A stretch of 64,000 nt of DNA from an uncultured Gemmatimonadales bacterium (GCA_963708135.1 OY970192.1:4576001-4640000); one strand, 5' to 3'; shown: positions 37,930 to 51,241, counted from the first letter of the stretch. The notes: generated by a model not told the origin, from the letters alone. Numbers and translations are program-made.

Positions 37930-39099
37930 TCAGCGCAGCAGGTACTTGGCGATCGTCTGGAGCTGCATGTTCGTGGTGCCCTCGTAAATGGTCCCGATCT
38001 TGGCATCGCGGTAGAGCTTCTCGACCGGGTACTCCTTGGTGAAGCCGTAACCGCCGTAGAGGTCAATGCACTGGGAAGCGATGCGCTGGGCGACCTGGGA
38101 GGTATAGAGCTTGGCAATGGCGGCCTCGACGACGAACGGCTGGCCGGCGTCCTTGAGGCGGGCGGCGTTATAGACGAGGAGGCGCATGGCCTCGAGCTCG
38201 GCGCGCATCTGGGCGATCTGGAACTGAGCGCCCTGGAAGTCGGCGATGGGGCGGCCGAACTGCTCGCGCTCCTGGACGTAGCGGACGGTGTGGTCGAGAG
38301 CGCCCTGGGCGAGGCCGAGCATCTGCGCGCCGATGCCGATGCGGCCCTCGTTGAGCGTTTCAATGGCGATCTTGTAGCCCTTGCCCACCTCGCCGAGGAC
38401 GTTCCCGGCGGGGACCCGGCACTCGTCGAGGATGAGCTCGACGGTGGAGGAGGCGCGGATCCCGAGCTTGTCCTCCTTCTTGCCGACGGCGAAGCCTGGG
38501 AACTCGCGCTCGACGAGGAAGGCGGTGATGCCGCGGTAGCCCTGCTCGGGGTCGGCATTGGCGAAGATGATGAAGATGCCGGCCTCGCCGCCGTTGGTGA
38601 TCCAGAGCTTGCGGCCATCGAGGAGCCAGTGGTCGCCGGCGTCGCGGGCGCGGCACTGGAGGGCGAAGGCGTCGGATCCGGAGCCCGCCTCGGAGAGGGC
38701 ATAGGCGCCGACGGTCTCGGAGGCCAGGGCAGGGAGGTAGCGGGCCTTCTGCTCCTCGGAGGCCCAGCGCTGGAGCGCGTTGTTGACGAGCGTGTTCTGA
38801 ACGTCCACGAAGACGCCGACCGAGGGATCGACGCGCGAGATCTCCTCGACGACCAGAACGGCGGTGAAAAACGAAGAGCCCGCTCCGCCCCATTTCTCGG
38901 GGATCTCGATGCCCATGACGCCGAGCTCGAAGAGCTGCTTGATGAGCTCGGGGTCGATGTGGGCGTCCCGGTCCATGTCATGAGTGAGCGGCGCGATCGC
39001 CTCCTCGGCGAACTGCCGCACGGTGTCGCGGAAGAGCCGCTCGTCCTCGGTCAGCGCGGTGAGCGGGGGGCGCGCCATATCGGGAATCATGACGGACAT
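37930..39099 (-). CDS. Short/branched-chain acyl-CoA dehydrogenase
   Basis: YALSEAGSGSDA, KLWITNG, KEDKLGIRASST, YRDAKIGTIYEGT; AGGAG RBS. Confidence 0.93.
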   Translation of the reverse strand: MSVMIPDMARPPLTALTEDERLFRDTVRQFAEEAIAPLTHDMDRDAHIDPELIKQLFELGVMGIEIPEKWGGAGSSFFTAVLVVEEISRVDPSVGVFVDVQNTLVNNALQRWASEEQKARYLPALASETVGAYALSEAGSGSDAFALQCRARDAGDHWLLDGRKLWITNGGEAGIFIIFANADPEQGYRGITAFLVEREFPGFAVGKKEDKLGIRASSTVELILDECRVPAGNVLGEVGKGYKIAIETLNEGRIGIGAQMLGLAQGALDHTVRYVQEREQFGRPIADFQGAQFQIAQMRAELEAMRLLVYNAARLKDAGQPFVVEAAIAKLYTSQVAQRIASQCIDLYGGYGFTKEYPVEKLYRDAKIGTIYEGTTNMQLQTIAKYLLR

Positions 39100-39206
39100 C
39101 GTTGGTCTCCTGTGGTCGGGTCGGGCCGTACCGCGTACCGAGAATACTGCGCGGGGCACGCGGTCGCCAGCGCGAGGAGGCCGAGGATGTTCCGGGCGGC
39201 AGGGGG

Positions 39207-39241
39207 CAAGACGAAGCGCCGCCGGACGAATCCGGCGGCGC
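39207..39241 (-). terminator. Intrinsic terminator-like hairpin (UUCG loop)
   Basis: Perfect 11-bp stem 39216-39226/39231-39241 followed on the minus strand by TTCGTCTT. Confidence 0.55.
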
Positions 39242-39315
39242 CGTAGGGTCTGCCGCAGCTCGACGCGATGCGCGATGGCACCCACCGAGCGGACAGGTCG
39301 TTGCCGTTCGATCGG

Positions 39316-39378
39316 CTAGGCGCCGATGCGGCGATCGCTTGCCCGTGTCGAGTTGCAGGCAGGACTGGTACTTGGCAA
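39316..39378 (-). CDS. Candidate 20-aa small ORF (MPSTSPACNSTRASDRRIGA)
   Basis: TTG immediately after AAGGAGGTGATCCC; TAG at 39316-39318. Confidence 0.4.
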   Translation of the reverse strand: MPSTSPACNSTRASDRRIGA

Positions 39379-39514
39379 GGGATCACCTCCTTCTCTGGGG
39401 GAACGATCGGGCGGGTCGCCAGCGGGCTCGAGGTCCCGCGGTCCGATCACTCTTCGCGCCTGGGCTCGGAGTGTCGGCCCATCCCCCGCGCCGTACGGCG
39501 CGGTTCGAAGGTGT

Positions 39515-39543
39515 ACTCTAATGGAGGCTTGGAAGTTCCGCAA
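39515..39543 (-). promoter_or_regulatory. Sigma70-like promoter
   Basis: Minus strand TTGCGG-N17-TAGAGT. Confidence 0.5.
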
Positions 39544-39587
39544 GCACAGCGCGATGCGTTGTCTCGCGCGCGGGCGCGCGTGATTCC

Positions 39588-39616
39588 TTGCTCGGGACCG
39601 GCGGGGGGCGTATTCT
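39588..39616 (+). promoter_or_regulatory. Sigma70-like promoter for the HisKA-only gene
   Basis: TTGCTC-N17-TATTCT. Confidence 0.5.
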
Positions 39617-39672
39617 AGGCGGTCTAACGGGCTGATCGGAGGATGGGCAGACCGGCCGTCGGGAGGTAGAGG

Positions 39673-39912
39673 ATGGAGAACGACCGGTTGCGCGAGATCG
39701 TGGATCTGGTCGTGAGGATCCGCCATGATGCGAGCAACCCGCTGACGGCGGCGCTCGGGAACGTGCAGCTGATGCTGGAGGATTCCTCGGTTCCGGAGGG
39801 CGAGGTGCGGGAGGGACTCGAGGTCGTCGAGACGGAGCTGCGCCGCCTCGCCCGGATCCTGCGCGAGCTGAATGCGGTGAGGCTGGAATCGGACGAGTCG
39901 GAGCTGGACTGA
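39673..39912 (+). CDS. Stand-alone HisKA (DHp) phospho-acceptor domain protein
   Basis: H-box IRHDASNPLTAALGNVQL followed by a second helix; GGAGG RBS; no sensor or ATPase domain. Confidence 0.75.
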   Translation: MENDRLREIVDLVVRIRHDASNPLTAALGNVQLMLEDSSVPEGEVREGLEVVETELRRLARILRELNAVRLESDESELD

Positions 39913-39939
39913 AGCGCGGGCGAGGGTGGCCGCGTCAAC

Positions 39940-39968
39940 TTGATTCTGCCATCGGCCGGCCCTATTCT
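39940..39968 (+). promoter_or_regulatory. Sigma70-like promoter for gcvH
   Basis: TTGATT-N17-TATTCT. Confidence 0.55.
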
Positions 39969-40011
39969 CAGCCGGCCGCGGTGGCGTGGCACATGGGCGC
40001 ACGGAGGAAAA

Positions 40012-40404
40012 ATGTCGGAGATCCCGTCGGATCTGCTCTACACCGAGGAGCACGAGTATCTCACGCCGACCGAGACGGCCGGCGTCTACCAGGTGGGCAT
40101 CACGGATTACGCGCAGGGCGAGCTCGGGGACGTGGTCTACGTCGAGTTGCCGGCCGCGGGCGAGAAGTTCGGCAAGATGGATGTGTTCGGGACGGTGGAG
40201 GCGGTGAAGGCCGTGAGCGACCTCTACTGCCCCGTCTCGGGAACGGTGGTCGAGGTCAACGGCGCGCTGGATGCGGACCCGTCGCTGGTGAACAGCGACC
40301 CGTACGGCGAGGGGTGGATGATCAAGCTCCGGGTGGCGAAGCCGTCGGAGGTCGAGGCGCTGCTGACGGCGGAGGACTACGCCGGCCACACGGGAGAGGA
40401 ATAG
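40012..40404 (+). CDS. gcvH: Glycine cleavage system H protein
   Basis: GITDYAQ.ELGDVVYVELP, VEAVKAVSD (lipoyl-Lys), N.DPYGEGW. Confidence 0.96.
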   Translation: MSEIPSDLLYTEEHEYLTPTETAGVYQVGITDYAQGELGDVVYVELPAAGEKFGKMDVFGTVEAVKAVSDLYCPVSGTVVEVNGALDADPSLVNSDPYGEGWMIKLRVAKPSEVEALLTAEDYAGHTGEE

Positions 40405-40419
40405 CGCGAAGGGGGGACC

Positions 40420-41106
40420 ATGGCTCGACTGACCTGGCACGGGCACAGCTGCTTCCTGCTGGAGACCGGGGGGAACCGGATCCTGTTCGACCCCTGGCTG
40501 GACGAGAATCCGGCGGCGGACATCGGGACCGACCAGATCGGTGAGCTGGACTTCCTGCTGGTGAGCCATGGGCACTGGGACCATTTCGCGGACGGCATCA
40601 AGCTGGCGAAGCAAACGGGCGCCATGCTGTGCGGGACCTTCGAGCTGGTCTCTTTCGCGCAGTCGCAGGGAGTGGAATCGGCCCACCCGATGCACATCGG
40701 CGGCGGCTTCCGGTTCCCGTTCGGCTACGCCAAGCTGACGCCCGCGCTCCACGGCGGGCAGGTGGCCGGCGACGAGGAGGGCGCCTACACGACGATGCCG
40801 GCCGGCTGGTGGCTGGATCTCGATGAAGGCAAGCGACTGTACCACGCGGGTGACACGGCGCTGTTGATGGAGATGCAGCTGCTCAAGGGGAAGGTCGACG
40901 TGGCGCTGCTGCCGATCGGGGACAATTTCACGATGGGCCCGGAGGACGCGGCCACGGCCGTGGAGTTTATCGAGCCGAAGGTCGTGATCCCGATGCACTA
41001 CGGTACGTTCGACGTGATCAAGCAGGACCCGCACGCCTTCGCGGCGCGCGTGGGCGAGCGGGCACAGGTGGTGGTCCTGGAGCCGGGACAGAGCTACGAG
41101 TTCTGA
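40420..41106 (+). CDS. Metallo-beta-lactamase-fold metal-dependent hydrolase (UPF0173-like)
   Basis: GHS, DP, SHGHWDH, YHAGDT, PIGDNFTMGP, PMHYGTF. Confidence 0.9.
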   Translation: MARLTWHGHSCFLLETGGNRILFDPWLDENPAADIGTDQIGELDFLLVSHGHWDHFADGIKLAKQTGAMLCGTFELVSFAQSQGVESAHPMHIGGGFRFPFGYAKLTPALHGGQVAGDEEGAYTTMPAGWWLDLDEGKRLYHAGDTALLMEMQLLKGKVDVALLPIGDNFTMGPEDAATAVEFIEPKVVIPMHYGTFDVIKQDPHAFAARVGERAQVVVLEPGQSYEF

Positions 41107-41188
41107 GCGGCGGCGGGGCAGCGGCGCGGCCGGGCCGGGGCGACTCTCGCCCGGCGGGCCGCGGGAACGCTGCCGGCCGGCTGGATCG

Positions 41189-41235
41189 CGCTCTCCGGAG
41201 CCGGGGCATGCGCCCGGATCCGGGGAGCGTTTTTT
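41189..41235 (+). terminator. Intrinsic terminator-like hairpin before gcvP
   Basis: 11-bp stem 41189-41199/41219-41229 followed by T6. Confidence 0.55.
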
Positions 41236-41349
41236 CTGGCTCCGGCGGGACGCACACGAGGAGTCCGCCGGCCGCCCCTGGTGCGCCGGCACGAGGGTGG
41301 GCCGGAGTGCGGCCGCCCGCACGCAACCGATCGAGCACGGACGGCGAAG

Positions 41350-44222
<2,873 letters not shown>

Positions 44223-44226
<4 letters not shown>

Positions 44227-45044
44227 ACGCATCCGGGGGAGCGTGGCGCCTGGTGCGGCCCCGCTCCCCGGGCCCCCGCCCCGGCGCGCAGCACATGGCC
44301 GTGGACCAGGCGCTGCTCGAGAGCGTCGGGGCCGGTGAGCCGCCCGCGCTGCGCTTCTACACCTGGGAGCCGCCCTGCCTCTCCTTCGGCCGCAACCAGC
44401 CGGCGGCCGGCCTCTACGACCCGGAGCGGGCCCGGGCGCGCGGGATCGACCTCGTGCGGCGCCCGACCGGCGGCCGCGCGGTCTACCACCACCAGGAGCT
44501 GACGTACGCCGTCGCGGTGCCCACCGGTATGCTCGGCTCCCCGCGCGAGACCTATGCCGCCGTGAACGCCGCGCTGATCGCGGGGCTCCGGCGGCTGGGC
44601 ATCCCGGCAGCGCTCGCCGGAGCGGCCCCGGTGCGGGCGGCCGTCGCGGTGGGGGCGCCGCTGGGCGTGGCTCCGTGCTTCGAGGCGGCGATGCCGGGGG
44701 AGGTGGTGGTGGGTGGCCGCAAGCTGGTGGGGAGCGCGCAGCGCCGGGAGGGGGGCGCGTTCCTGCAGCACGGCTCCATCCTCCTCGCCGGCTCGCAGGC
44801 GGCCGCGGTGGAGCTGCTCCGGCCGGGCGCGGCGGCAGTTGCAGCGGCACCGCCGCCGGCCACGCTCGCCGAGGTCCTCGGCGTGGCTCCCTCCCCGGCG
44901 GCGCTCGAGGCGGCGCTCGTCGAGGGGTGGCAGGAGGCCACCGGCACCCGTCTTGCGCCCACGCCGCTCTCTCTCGCGGAGCGGCTGCGGGCCGACGCGC
45001 TGGTGGCGCAGTTCGGGTCGGACGCGTGGACGTGGCGCCGGTGA
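44223..45044 (+). CDS. Lipoate-protein ligase/octanoyltransferase family (LplA/LipM-like)
   Basis: [34 protein letters not shown]. Confidence 0.88.
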
Positions 45045-45065
45045 TCGAACGAACACCATAGGGGG

Positions 45066-46727
45066 ATGACGGGAATGCCCAGGAAGCAGCTGTGTGGTCG
45101 GGTGGGGCTGCTGGCGGTGCTGGCTCCGGCGCTCCTGTGGGCGTGCGGCGGAGAGAAGAAACCCCCGTCCGACGAGACGAAGACTGGCGCGGGCGGAGCG
45201 GACCAGGGCGGCACGTTGGTGGTCGGGATGCGGACCGATTTCGGCGGGTTCAATCCGATCACGAACGTGGATCAGTATACGGACGAGCTGATCAAGTACG
45301 CGCTGTTCACGCCGCTGATCCAGCACGACAGGGAGTTGAAGGCCACGCCGTGGCTGGCCGAGAAGTGGGAGATGACAGGCGACACCGGCGTCGTCTTCGA
45401 TCTGCGCCACGACGTGTACTGGAGCGACGGGCAGAAGCTCACGGCCGAGGACGTGAAGTTCACGTTCGACCTGGCCAAGAACCCGGTGACCGCGTCGCTG
45501 CTCGCGTCGGCCTACCTGGAGAACGTGGATCGCGCGGAGGTGGAGGACTCCTTCACGGTCCGCTTCCACTTCTCCCGCCCGCACGCCCAGGCGATCGAGG
45601 ACTTCTGGTGGGCGCCGGTTCCGAAGCACGTGCTGGAGAAGGTCGCGCCGGCCGACCTGCGCAACGCCGCCTTCAACCGCAATCCGGTGGGGAGCGGGCC
45701 GTACCACCTCGGCGAGTGGCGGGCCAACGACCGTCTCGTGCTGGACCGGGAGATGCTCTTCCCGAAGGCGCTCGGCGGGCCGCCGCCGCTCGACCGGGTG
45801 GTCTTCAGGATCGTCCCGGAGCCGTCCACGATCCTGACGGAGCTCCTGTCGGCCGGGATCCAGGTCGACATCCCGCTCACCCCGGAGCAGGTCGCGCAGG
45901 TCGAGCGGAACGCGGCGGACACCGTGTTCGCGTACCCCAGCCGGACGGTCTACTTCATCGCGTGGAACAACCAGAGGCCGCCGTTCAACGATCCCGCGAT
46001 CCGGCGCGCGATGACGTACGCCATCGACCGCGAGCAGGTCGTGAAGGCGATGCTCGCCGGGCACGGCGAGGTGGCGGACGGGCCGATTCCGCCGTGGAGC
46101 CCGCTATTCCCAAAGGTGAAGCCGCTGCCGTACGACCAGCGACAGGCGGAGCAACTGCTGCAGAAGGCCGGCTGGGTGGACCGGAACGGCGACGGCATTC
46201 GCGAGAACGCGCAGGGGCAGGCGTTCGAGTTTACGCTGCTGACGAGCAACAGCCCGCTCACGAAGGGCGTGGCGGAGGTGGTGCAGGCGCTGCTCAAGGG
46301 CGTGGGCGTGAAGGCGGACATCCAGGTGCTGGAGTTCCAGACCTTCCTGCAGCAGTACAAGGCGCGGAAGTTCGACGCGGTCTTCGCAAACTGGGTGCTG
46401 GACAACTTCCAGGTCGGCTCGGCGCCGTACGCGCTCTTCAGCTCGAAGCTGGCCGCAGTGCCGCTGTCGTCGAACCGCGCGGGCGTGCAAAGCGCGAAGC
46501 TGGACCAGCTCATGACGAAGGCCTCCTCCGAGACGGATCCAGGGGCTGCCAGGGGGGCGTGGGGCGACTTCGTGAAGGAGCTGGAGAACGAGCAGCCGTT
46601 CACGTTCATGTTCTGGCTGGATGAGCTGGCCGCCTCGGATCGGCGGGTGCACGGGGTCGTGATGGACCCGCGTGGCGAGATGCAGTCCGTGGCGCGGTGG
46701 TGGGTCTCCGGCGGCCGGATCCGCTGA
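45066..46727 (+). CDS. Oligopeptide/dipeptide ABC transporter substrate-binding lipoprotein
   Basis: Lipobox LWAC, WSDG..LTAEDV.FT, PVGSGPY, IRRAM.YAIDR. Confidence 0.9.
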   Translation: MTGMPRKQLCGRVGLLAVLAPALLWACGGEKKPPSDETKTGAGGADQGGTLVVGMRTDFGGFNPITNVDQYTDELIKYALFTPLIQHDRELKATPWLAEKWEMTGDTGVVFDLRHDVYWSDGQKLTAEDVKFTFDLAKNPVTASLLASAYLENVDRAEVEDSFTVRFHFSRPHAQAIEDFWWAPVPKHVLEKVAPADLRNAAFNRNPVGSGPYHLGEWRANDRLVLDREMLFPKALGGPPPLDRVVFRIVPEPSTILTELLSAGIQVDIPLTPEQVAQVERNAADTVFAYPSRTVYFIAWNNQRPPFNDPAIRRAMTYAIDREQVVKAMLAGHGEVADGPIPPWSPLFPKVKPLPYDQRQAEQLLQKAGWVDRNGDGIRENAQGQAFEFTLLTSNSPLTKGVAEVVQALLKGVGVKADIQVLEFQTFLQQYKARKFDAVFANWVLDNFQVGSAPYALFSSKLAAVPLSSNRAGVQSAKLDQLMTKASSETDPGAARGAWGDFVKELENEQPFTFMFWLDELAASDRRVHGVVMDPRGEMQSVARWWVSGGRIR

Positions 46728-46748
46728 CCGCCCCGGCCCCGCGGAGCC

Positions 46749-47732
46749 ATGGGCAAGTTCCTGCTGCGCCGACTCCTGGGAGCGATCCCGCTCCTGCTGG
46801 GCGTGGCCACCCTGATCTTCTTCGTGCTGAACCTGGCGCCGGGGGACCCCGCTGCGCTGTTCAGCAATCCGAACGTGCCGGCCTCGGTGATCGCGCAGAT
46901 CCACCGCAACCTGGGGCTGGACCAGCCGATCTACATCCGCTACGTGAAGTGGCTGCTCGCCTTCCTGAGCGGCAACTTCGGCTACTCCTTCGCGCAGGGG
47001 CGGCCGGTGCTGGCGATCATCCTCGAGGCGCTGCCCAACACGTTGATCCTGGCGGCGTGCACGCTCGTGCTCGTGTTCGTGGCGGGCGTGGCGATCGGGG
47101 TCCTCCAGTCGGTGCGGCAGCACACCTGGACGGACGGGATCCTGAGCGTGCTCTCGCTCTTCTTCTACTCCATGCCATCCTTCTGGCTCGGCCTCATGCT
47201 CATGCTGCTCTTTGCGCTGAAGGCGCACCAGTGGGGGTGGCCGGTCTCGCTGCCGCCGACGGGCATGACCAGCGTGGACTACGATTACCTGAGCACCGGC
47301 CAGCAGATTCTCGACCGGCTCGTGCACCTCATCCTGCCCACGGTGACGCTGACCCTGGTGCTCGCCGCCGGGATCGCGCGCTACACGCGCGGGCAGATGC
47401 TGGAGGTGATCCGGCAGGACTACATCCGGACCGCGCGAGCCAAGGGCCTGCCGGAGCGAACGGTCATCCTGAAGCACGCGCTGCGCAACTCCCTGATCCC
47501 GGTCATCACGCTGCTCGGGCTCTACCTGCCGCTGCTCTTCAGCGGCGCCGTTTTCGTGGAGGTGATCTTCTCCTGGCCCGGCATGGGCCGGGTCATCGTG
47601 GATGCGATCACCGAGCGCGACTACCCGCTGGTCATGGCGACGAGCTTCATCTTCGCCGCGCTCACCATCTTCGGGAACCTGCTCGCGGACGTGCTGTACG
47701 CCGTGGCGGACCCGCGCATCGGGTACGACTAG
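46749..47732 (+). CDS. oppB: Peptide ABC transporter permease (OppB/DppB)
   Basis: PGDP, DYIRTARAKGL, KHALRNSL, F.WPG.G. Confidence 0.9.
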   Translation: MGKFLLRRLLGAIPLLLGVATLIFFVLNLAPGDPAALFSNPNVPASVIAQIHRNLGLDQPIYIRYVKWLLAFLSGNFGYSFAQGRPVLAIILEALPNTLILAACTLVLVFVAGVAIGVLQSVRQHTWTDGILSVLSLFFYSMPSFWLGLMLMLLFALKAHQWGWPVSLPPTGMTSVDYDYLSTGQQILDRLVHLILPTVTLTLVLAAGIARYTRGQMLEVIRQDYIRTARAKGLPERTVILKHALRNSLIPVITLLGLYLPLLFSGAVFVEVIFSWPGMGRVIVDAITERDYPLVMATSFIFAALTIFGNLLADVLYAVADPRIGYD

Positions 47733-47736
47733 CGCG

Positions 47737-48978
47737 ATGGCCGAGCCTCCCCGCCACGTCCTGAGCGACCCCGAGTCGGCGCCGCCCGAGCCAATCCCCA
47801 TCCCCGCGGAAGCCACGGAGCCGGCCGCGGTGGAGGCCACGCCACGCCCGGCGCCGGCGTGGGCGCTGCTCGTGTCCGTCCTGCTGCCGGGGGGCGGGCA
47901 GCTGGCGCTCGGGGCCTGGGGGACCGGCGTGGCGCTCCTTCTCTCGTGGGGGTTCCTGCTGGCGATCGCGTTCCTCGGGCGAAGCCGCTTCTTCTGGCAG
48001 CTGCCGCGCGCGACGACACAGGACTACGTCGCCGCCGGGGCCCTTTTCCTGACCATGGCGCTGGTCTGGGGATGGGCGCTCTGGGACCTGGCGACGGCCG
48101 CCGCCCGGGGCGCGCGCGAGCGCGGCGACTCGCAGTGGCGGATCGCGGCCCGCCGCTTCCGCAAGAGCCGCCTGGCCGTCGCGGGGGTGGGCATCGTCGG
48201 GCTACTCTACGCCGTGGCGCTCATGGCGCCGCTGCTCGCGCCGTACGACCCGATCGCGCAGCCCGCCGACATCGCGGCGAACAGCTATCTCGGGCCACTG
48301 GCCAGCGGCCACCTGCTCGGCACGGACCAGTTCGGGCGCGACGTGCTCAGCCGGATCGTCTTCGGCGCGCGGATCTCGCTTTCGATCGGCTTCATCGCCA
48401 CCGCGATCAGCATCTCGCTGGGCACGCTGATCGGCGCCGTCGCCGGCTATTTCGGGCACCGGATCGACGCGGCGCTCATGCGCTTCACGGACATGGTGCT
48501 GGCGTTCCCCCGCCTGGTGCTGCTGATCCTGATCGTCGCCCTCTTCAGCCCCTCGATCGCCGTGATCATCGCGGTGCTCGGGCTCACGCAGTGGCCGGGT
48601 ACCACGCGCATCGTGCGGGGCGAGGTGCTCAGCCTGCGCGAGCGGGAGTACGTACAGGCGGCGCGGGCGCTGGGCTTCGGGCGCGCCCGGATCATCTTCC
48701 GGCACCTGATCCCGAACGTGCTGGCGCCGGTGATCGTCACGGCCACGCTGGGGATCGGCAACACGATCGTGCTGGAGGCGGGGCTCTCCTTCCTCGGGCT
48801 CGGCGTGCAGGCGCCCACGCCCTCGTGGGGCAGCATGGTGGCGGACGGCCGGCAGAACCTGATCGGCGCGTGGTGGGTGGCCACCTTCCCCGGGCTCGCG
48901 ATCGTGCTGACCGTGCTGGCCTTCAACCTCGTGGGCGATGCGCTGCGGGATGCGCTCGACCCGCGCCTGAGGACGTGA
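47737..48978 (+). CDS. oppC: Peptide ABC transporter permease (OppC/DppC) with N-terminal extra TM segment
   Basis: HLLGTD.FGRD.LSR, EYV.AARALG, HLIPN, LSFLGLG, GD.LRD.LDPR. Confidence 0.9.
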   Translation: MAEPPRHVLSDPESAPPEPIPIPAEATEPAAVEATPRPAPAWALLVSVLLPGGGQLALGAWGTGVALLLSWGFLLAIAFLGRSRFFWQLPRATTQDYVAAGALFLTMALVWGWALWDLATAAARGARERGDSQWRIAARRFRKSRLAVAGVGIVGLLYAVALMAPLLAPYDPIAQPADIAANSYLGPLASGHLLGTDQFGRDVLSRIVFGARISLSIGFIATAISISLGTLIGAVAGYFGHRIDAALMRFTDMVLAFPRLVLLILIVALFSPSIAVIIAVLGLTQWPGTTRIVRGEVLSLREREYVQAARALGFGRARIIFRHLIPNVLAPVIVTATLGIGNTIVLEAGLSFLGLGVQAPTPSWGSMVADGRQNLIGAWWVATFPGLAIVLTVLAFNLVGDALRDALDPRLRT

Positions 48979-50141
48979 TGCCGCTGCTCGAGGTGAAGGA
49001 CCTGCGCACCTGGTTCCGCACGGACGCGGGCGTGGCGCGGGCGGTGGACGGCGTCTCGTTCCACGTGGAGAAGGGGGAGATGCTCGGCATCGTGGGCGAG
49101 AGCGGCTCCGGCAAGTCGGTGACGTCGCTGTCGATCATGCGCCTGGTGCCACGGCCCCCCGGCGAGATCCTGGAGGGCAGCTCGATCCGGCTCAAGGGCG
49201 TGGAGCTGCTGGCTCTGCCGGAGCGGCGGATGCGGGAGGTCCGCGGCGATGACATCGCCATGATCTTCCAGGAGCCGATGACCTCGCTGAACCCGGTCTT
49301 TGCCGTGGGGGACCAGATCGCGGAGGCGCTGCGGCTGCACCGGAAGCTCGGCCGGGCCGAGGCGCGCGCGCGGGCCGTCGAGCTGCTCGGCCTGGTGGGG
49401 ATCCCCGATCCCGGCCAGCGCGTGGACTCCTACCCGCACGAGCTTTCCGGCGGCCAGCGCCAGCGGGTGATGATCGCGATGGCGCTGGCGTGCGATCCGG
49501 AGCTGCTCATCGCGGACGAGCCGACGACGGCGCTGGACGTCACGATCCAGGCGCAGATCCTCGAGCTGCTGGCGGAGCTGCGCGCGCGCCTCGGGATGGC
49601 GGTCGTACTGATCACGCACGACCTCGGCGTCGTGGCGGAGGTGTGCGACCGGGTCGTCGTCATGTACGGCGGCCAGGTGGTGGAGGAGGGGCCCGTGGAG
49701 GCGATCTTCCGCGAGCCGCGCCATCCCTACACCGAGGGACTCCTGGCGTCGATCCCCCGCCTCGGCCACCGCGCGGAGCGGCTCGCCGTCATCCCCGGTA
49801 CGGTGCCGAACCCGACGCGGCTCCCGCCCGGGTGCCGCTTCCATACGCGCTGTCCCTTCGGCTGGGACCGCTGCGTCCGCGAGGAGCCGGCCCTCTTCGA
49901 GGTGGCGGCGGGCCGGCGCTCGCGCTGCTGGCTGGAGCGCGAGCCGGAGCGCGCCGCCGCGCGCGGCGATTTCCGCGCGGCGGCCGCGCGCGAGGAGGCG
50001 GCTGGGATCGCGCCCGCGGAGGCGTGGCACCGCCGGGCGCGCGCGGAAGGCGACGTCGCCGCGCCGGAGCCATCGCCTCCCGAAGGCCCTGCGCCGCCGC
50101 GGCCCGCCGGCGAGCCCGAGCCGGGCCCGGAGGTCGACTGA
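48978..50141 (+). CDS. oppD: Peptide ABC transporter ATP-binding protein (OppD/DppD)
   Basis: [31 protein letters not shown]. Confidence 0.92.
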   Translation: MPLLEVKDLRTWFRTDAGVARAVDGVSFHVEKGEMLGIVGESGSGKSVTSLSIMRLVPRPPGEILEGSSIRLKGVELLALPERRMREVRGDDIAMIFQEPMTSLNPVFAVGDQIAEALRLHRKLGRAEARARAVELLGLVGIPDPGQRVDSYPHELSGGQRQRVMIAMALACDPELLIADEPTTALDVTIQAQILELLAELRARLGMAVVLITHDLGVVAEVCDRVVVMYGGQVVEEGPVEAIFREPRHPYTEGLLASIPRLGHRAERLAVIPGTVPNPTRLPPGCRFHTRCPFGWDRCVREEPALFEVAAGRRSRCWLEREPERAAARGDFRAAAAREEAAGIAPAEAWHRRARAEGDVAAPEPSPPEGPAPPRPAGEPEPGPEVD

Positions 50142-51241
50142 TGGCGGGCGAGTTGCCGGCCGCCACGCTGCCGCCCGCGAAGGGGGACAGCGACGTGCGC
50201 GGCGCGACGCCGGACTCGCTGCCGCCGCCGGAGGACGCGCTGGTGGTGGTGCGCGGTCTGCGCAAGCACTTCCCGATCCGGCGCGGCTTCTTCGGCCGGC
50301 CGGTGGGCGCGGTGCGGGCGGTGGACGGCGTGACGTTCGCCGTGCGGCGGGGCGAGACGCTCGGGCTGGTGGGGGAGTCCGGCTCGGGCAAGACGACGAC
50401 CGGGCGGACGCTTCTGCGGCTGATCGAGCCGAGCGGCGGCGAGGTCCGCTTCGACGGCGCGCCGGTGTTCGATCTCGAGCGCGAGGCGCTGCGTCAGGTC
50501 CGCCGGCGAGCGCAGATCGTCTTCCAGGACCCCTACGGCTCGCTGAACCCGCGCATGACCGTGGGGGACACGCTCCGCGAGGTGCTGCGCGTGCACCGGC
50601 TGGCGCGCGGGCGGGCGGCCGATGCGCGCGTCGAGGAGCTGCTCCGCACGGTCGGTCTCGCGCCCGAGCACGCGGCGCGCTACCCGCACGAGTTCAGCGG
50701 CGGACAGCGGCAGCGCATCGGGATCGCGCGGGCGCTCTCGGTCGCGCCCGAGTTCATCGTGTGCGATGAGCCGGTCTCGGCGCTGGACGTCTCGGTGCAG
50801 GCCCAGGTGCTGAACCTGCTGCAGGACCTGCAGGCGCGGCTCGGGCTGGCGTACCTCTTCATCGCCCACGACCTGAGCGTGGTCGAGCACGTGAGCGACC
50901 GGATCGCGGTCATGTACCTCGGCCGCATCGTCGAGCTCGGCGATGCCGCCGAGGTGGTCGCGCGGCCGCGGCATCCCTACACGCGGGCCCTGCTCTCGGC
51001 GGTGCCCGTCGCCGATCCGGCCGCGGCCGGGGAGCGGATCGTTCTGCCGGGGGACGTCCCGAGTCCCGCCGCGCCGCCCTCCGGCTGTCCGTTCCACCCG
51101 CGCTGCCCGCACCCGCTCAAGGACGCCGACTGCGCGGCCATCGTGCCGCCGCTCGCGGAGAAGGCACCCCGCCACTTCGCCGCGTGTATCAAAGAGGCCG
51201 CGTACGTCCCCGCGCTTGATGCGCCCGCCGGGACGGACTAG
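50141..51241 (+). CDS. oppF: Peptide ABC transporter ATP-binding protein (OppF/DppF)
   Basis: [34 protein letters not shown]. Confidence 0.92.
   Translation: MAGELPAATLPPAKGDSDVRGATPDSLPPPEDALVVVRGLRKHFPIRRGFFGRPVGAVRAVDGVTFAVRRGETLGLVGESGSGKTTTGRTLLRLIEPSGGEVRFDGAPVFDLEREALRQVRRRAQIVFQDPYGSLNPRMTVGDTLREVLRVHRLARGRAADARVEELLRTVGLAPEHAARYPHEFSGGQRQRIGIARALSVAPEFIVCDEPVSALDVSVQAQVLNLLQDLQARLGLAYLFIAHDLSVVEHVSDRIAVMYLGRIVELGDAAEVVARPRHPYTRALLSAVPVADPAAAGERIVLPGDVPSPAAPPSGCPFHPRCPHPLKDADCAAIVPPLAEKAPRHFAACIKEAAYVPALDAPAGTD

Larger units (their letters stand above)
39207..39508 (-). ncRNA. Candidate ~300-nt structured RNA / small-peptide mRNA
   Basis: Own predicted promoter and terminator, several nested stems, 13-nt SD AAGGAGGTGATCC. 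Confidence 0.4.

Noticed and set aside
35728..39246. Long antisense/alternate-frame ORFs (also 39316-42483, 10017-12686, 20971-23439, 60992-63676 and others)
   Set aside because: Shadow ORFs opposite well-supported genes, expected from stop-codon scarcity in high-GC DNA; no motifs
39379..39394. GGATCACCTCCTT matches the 3' end of 16S rRNA
   Set aside because: No other rRNA sequence around it; better explained as a minus-strand Shine-Dalgarno
39913..40011. Glycine riboswitch upstream of gcv genes
   Set aside because: No aptamer hallmarks; the space is short and occupied by a promoter
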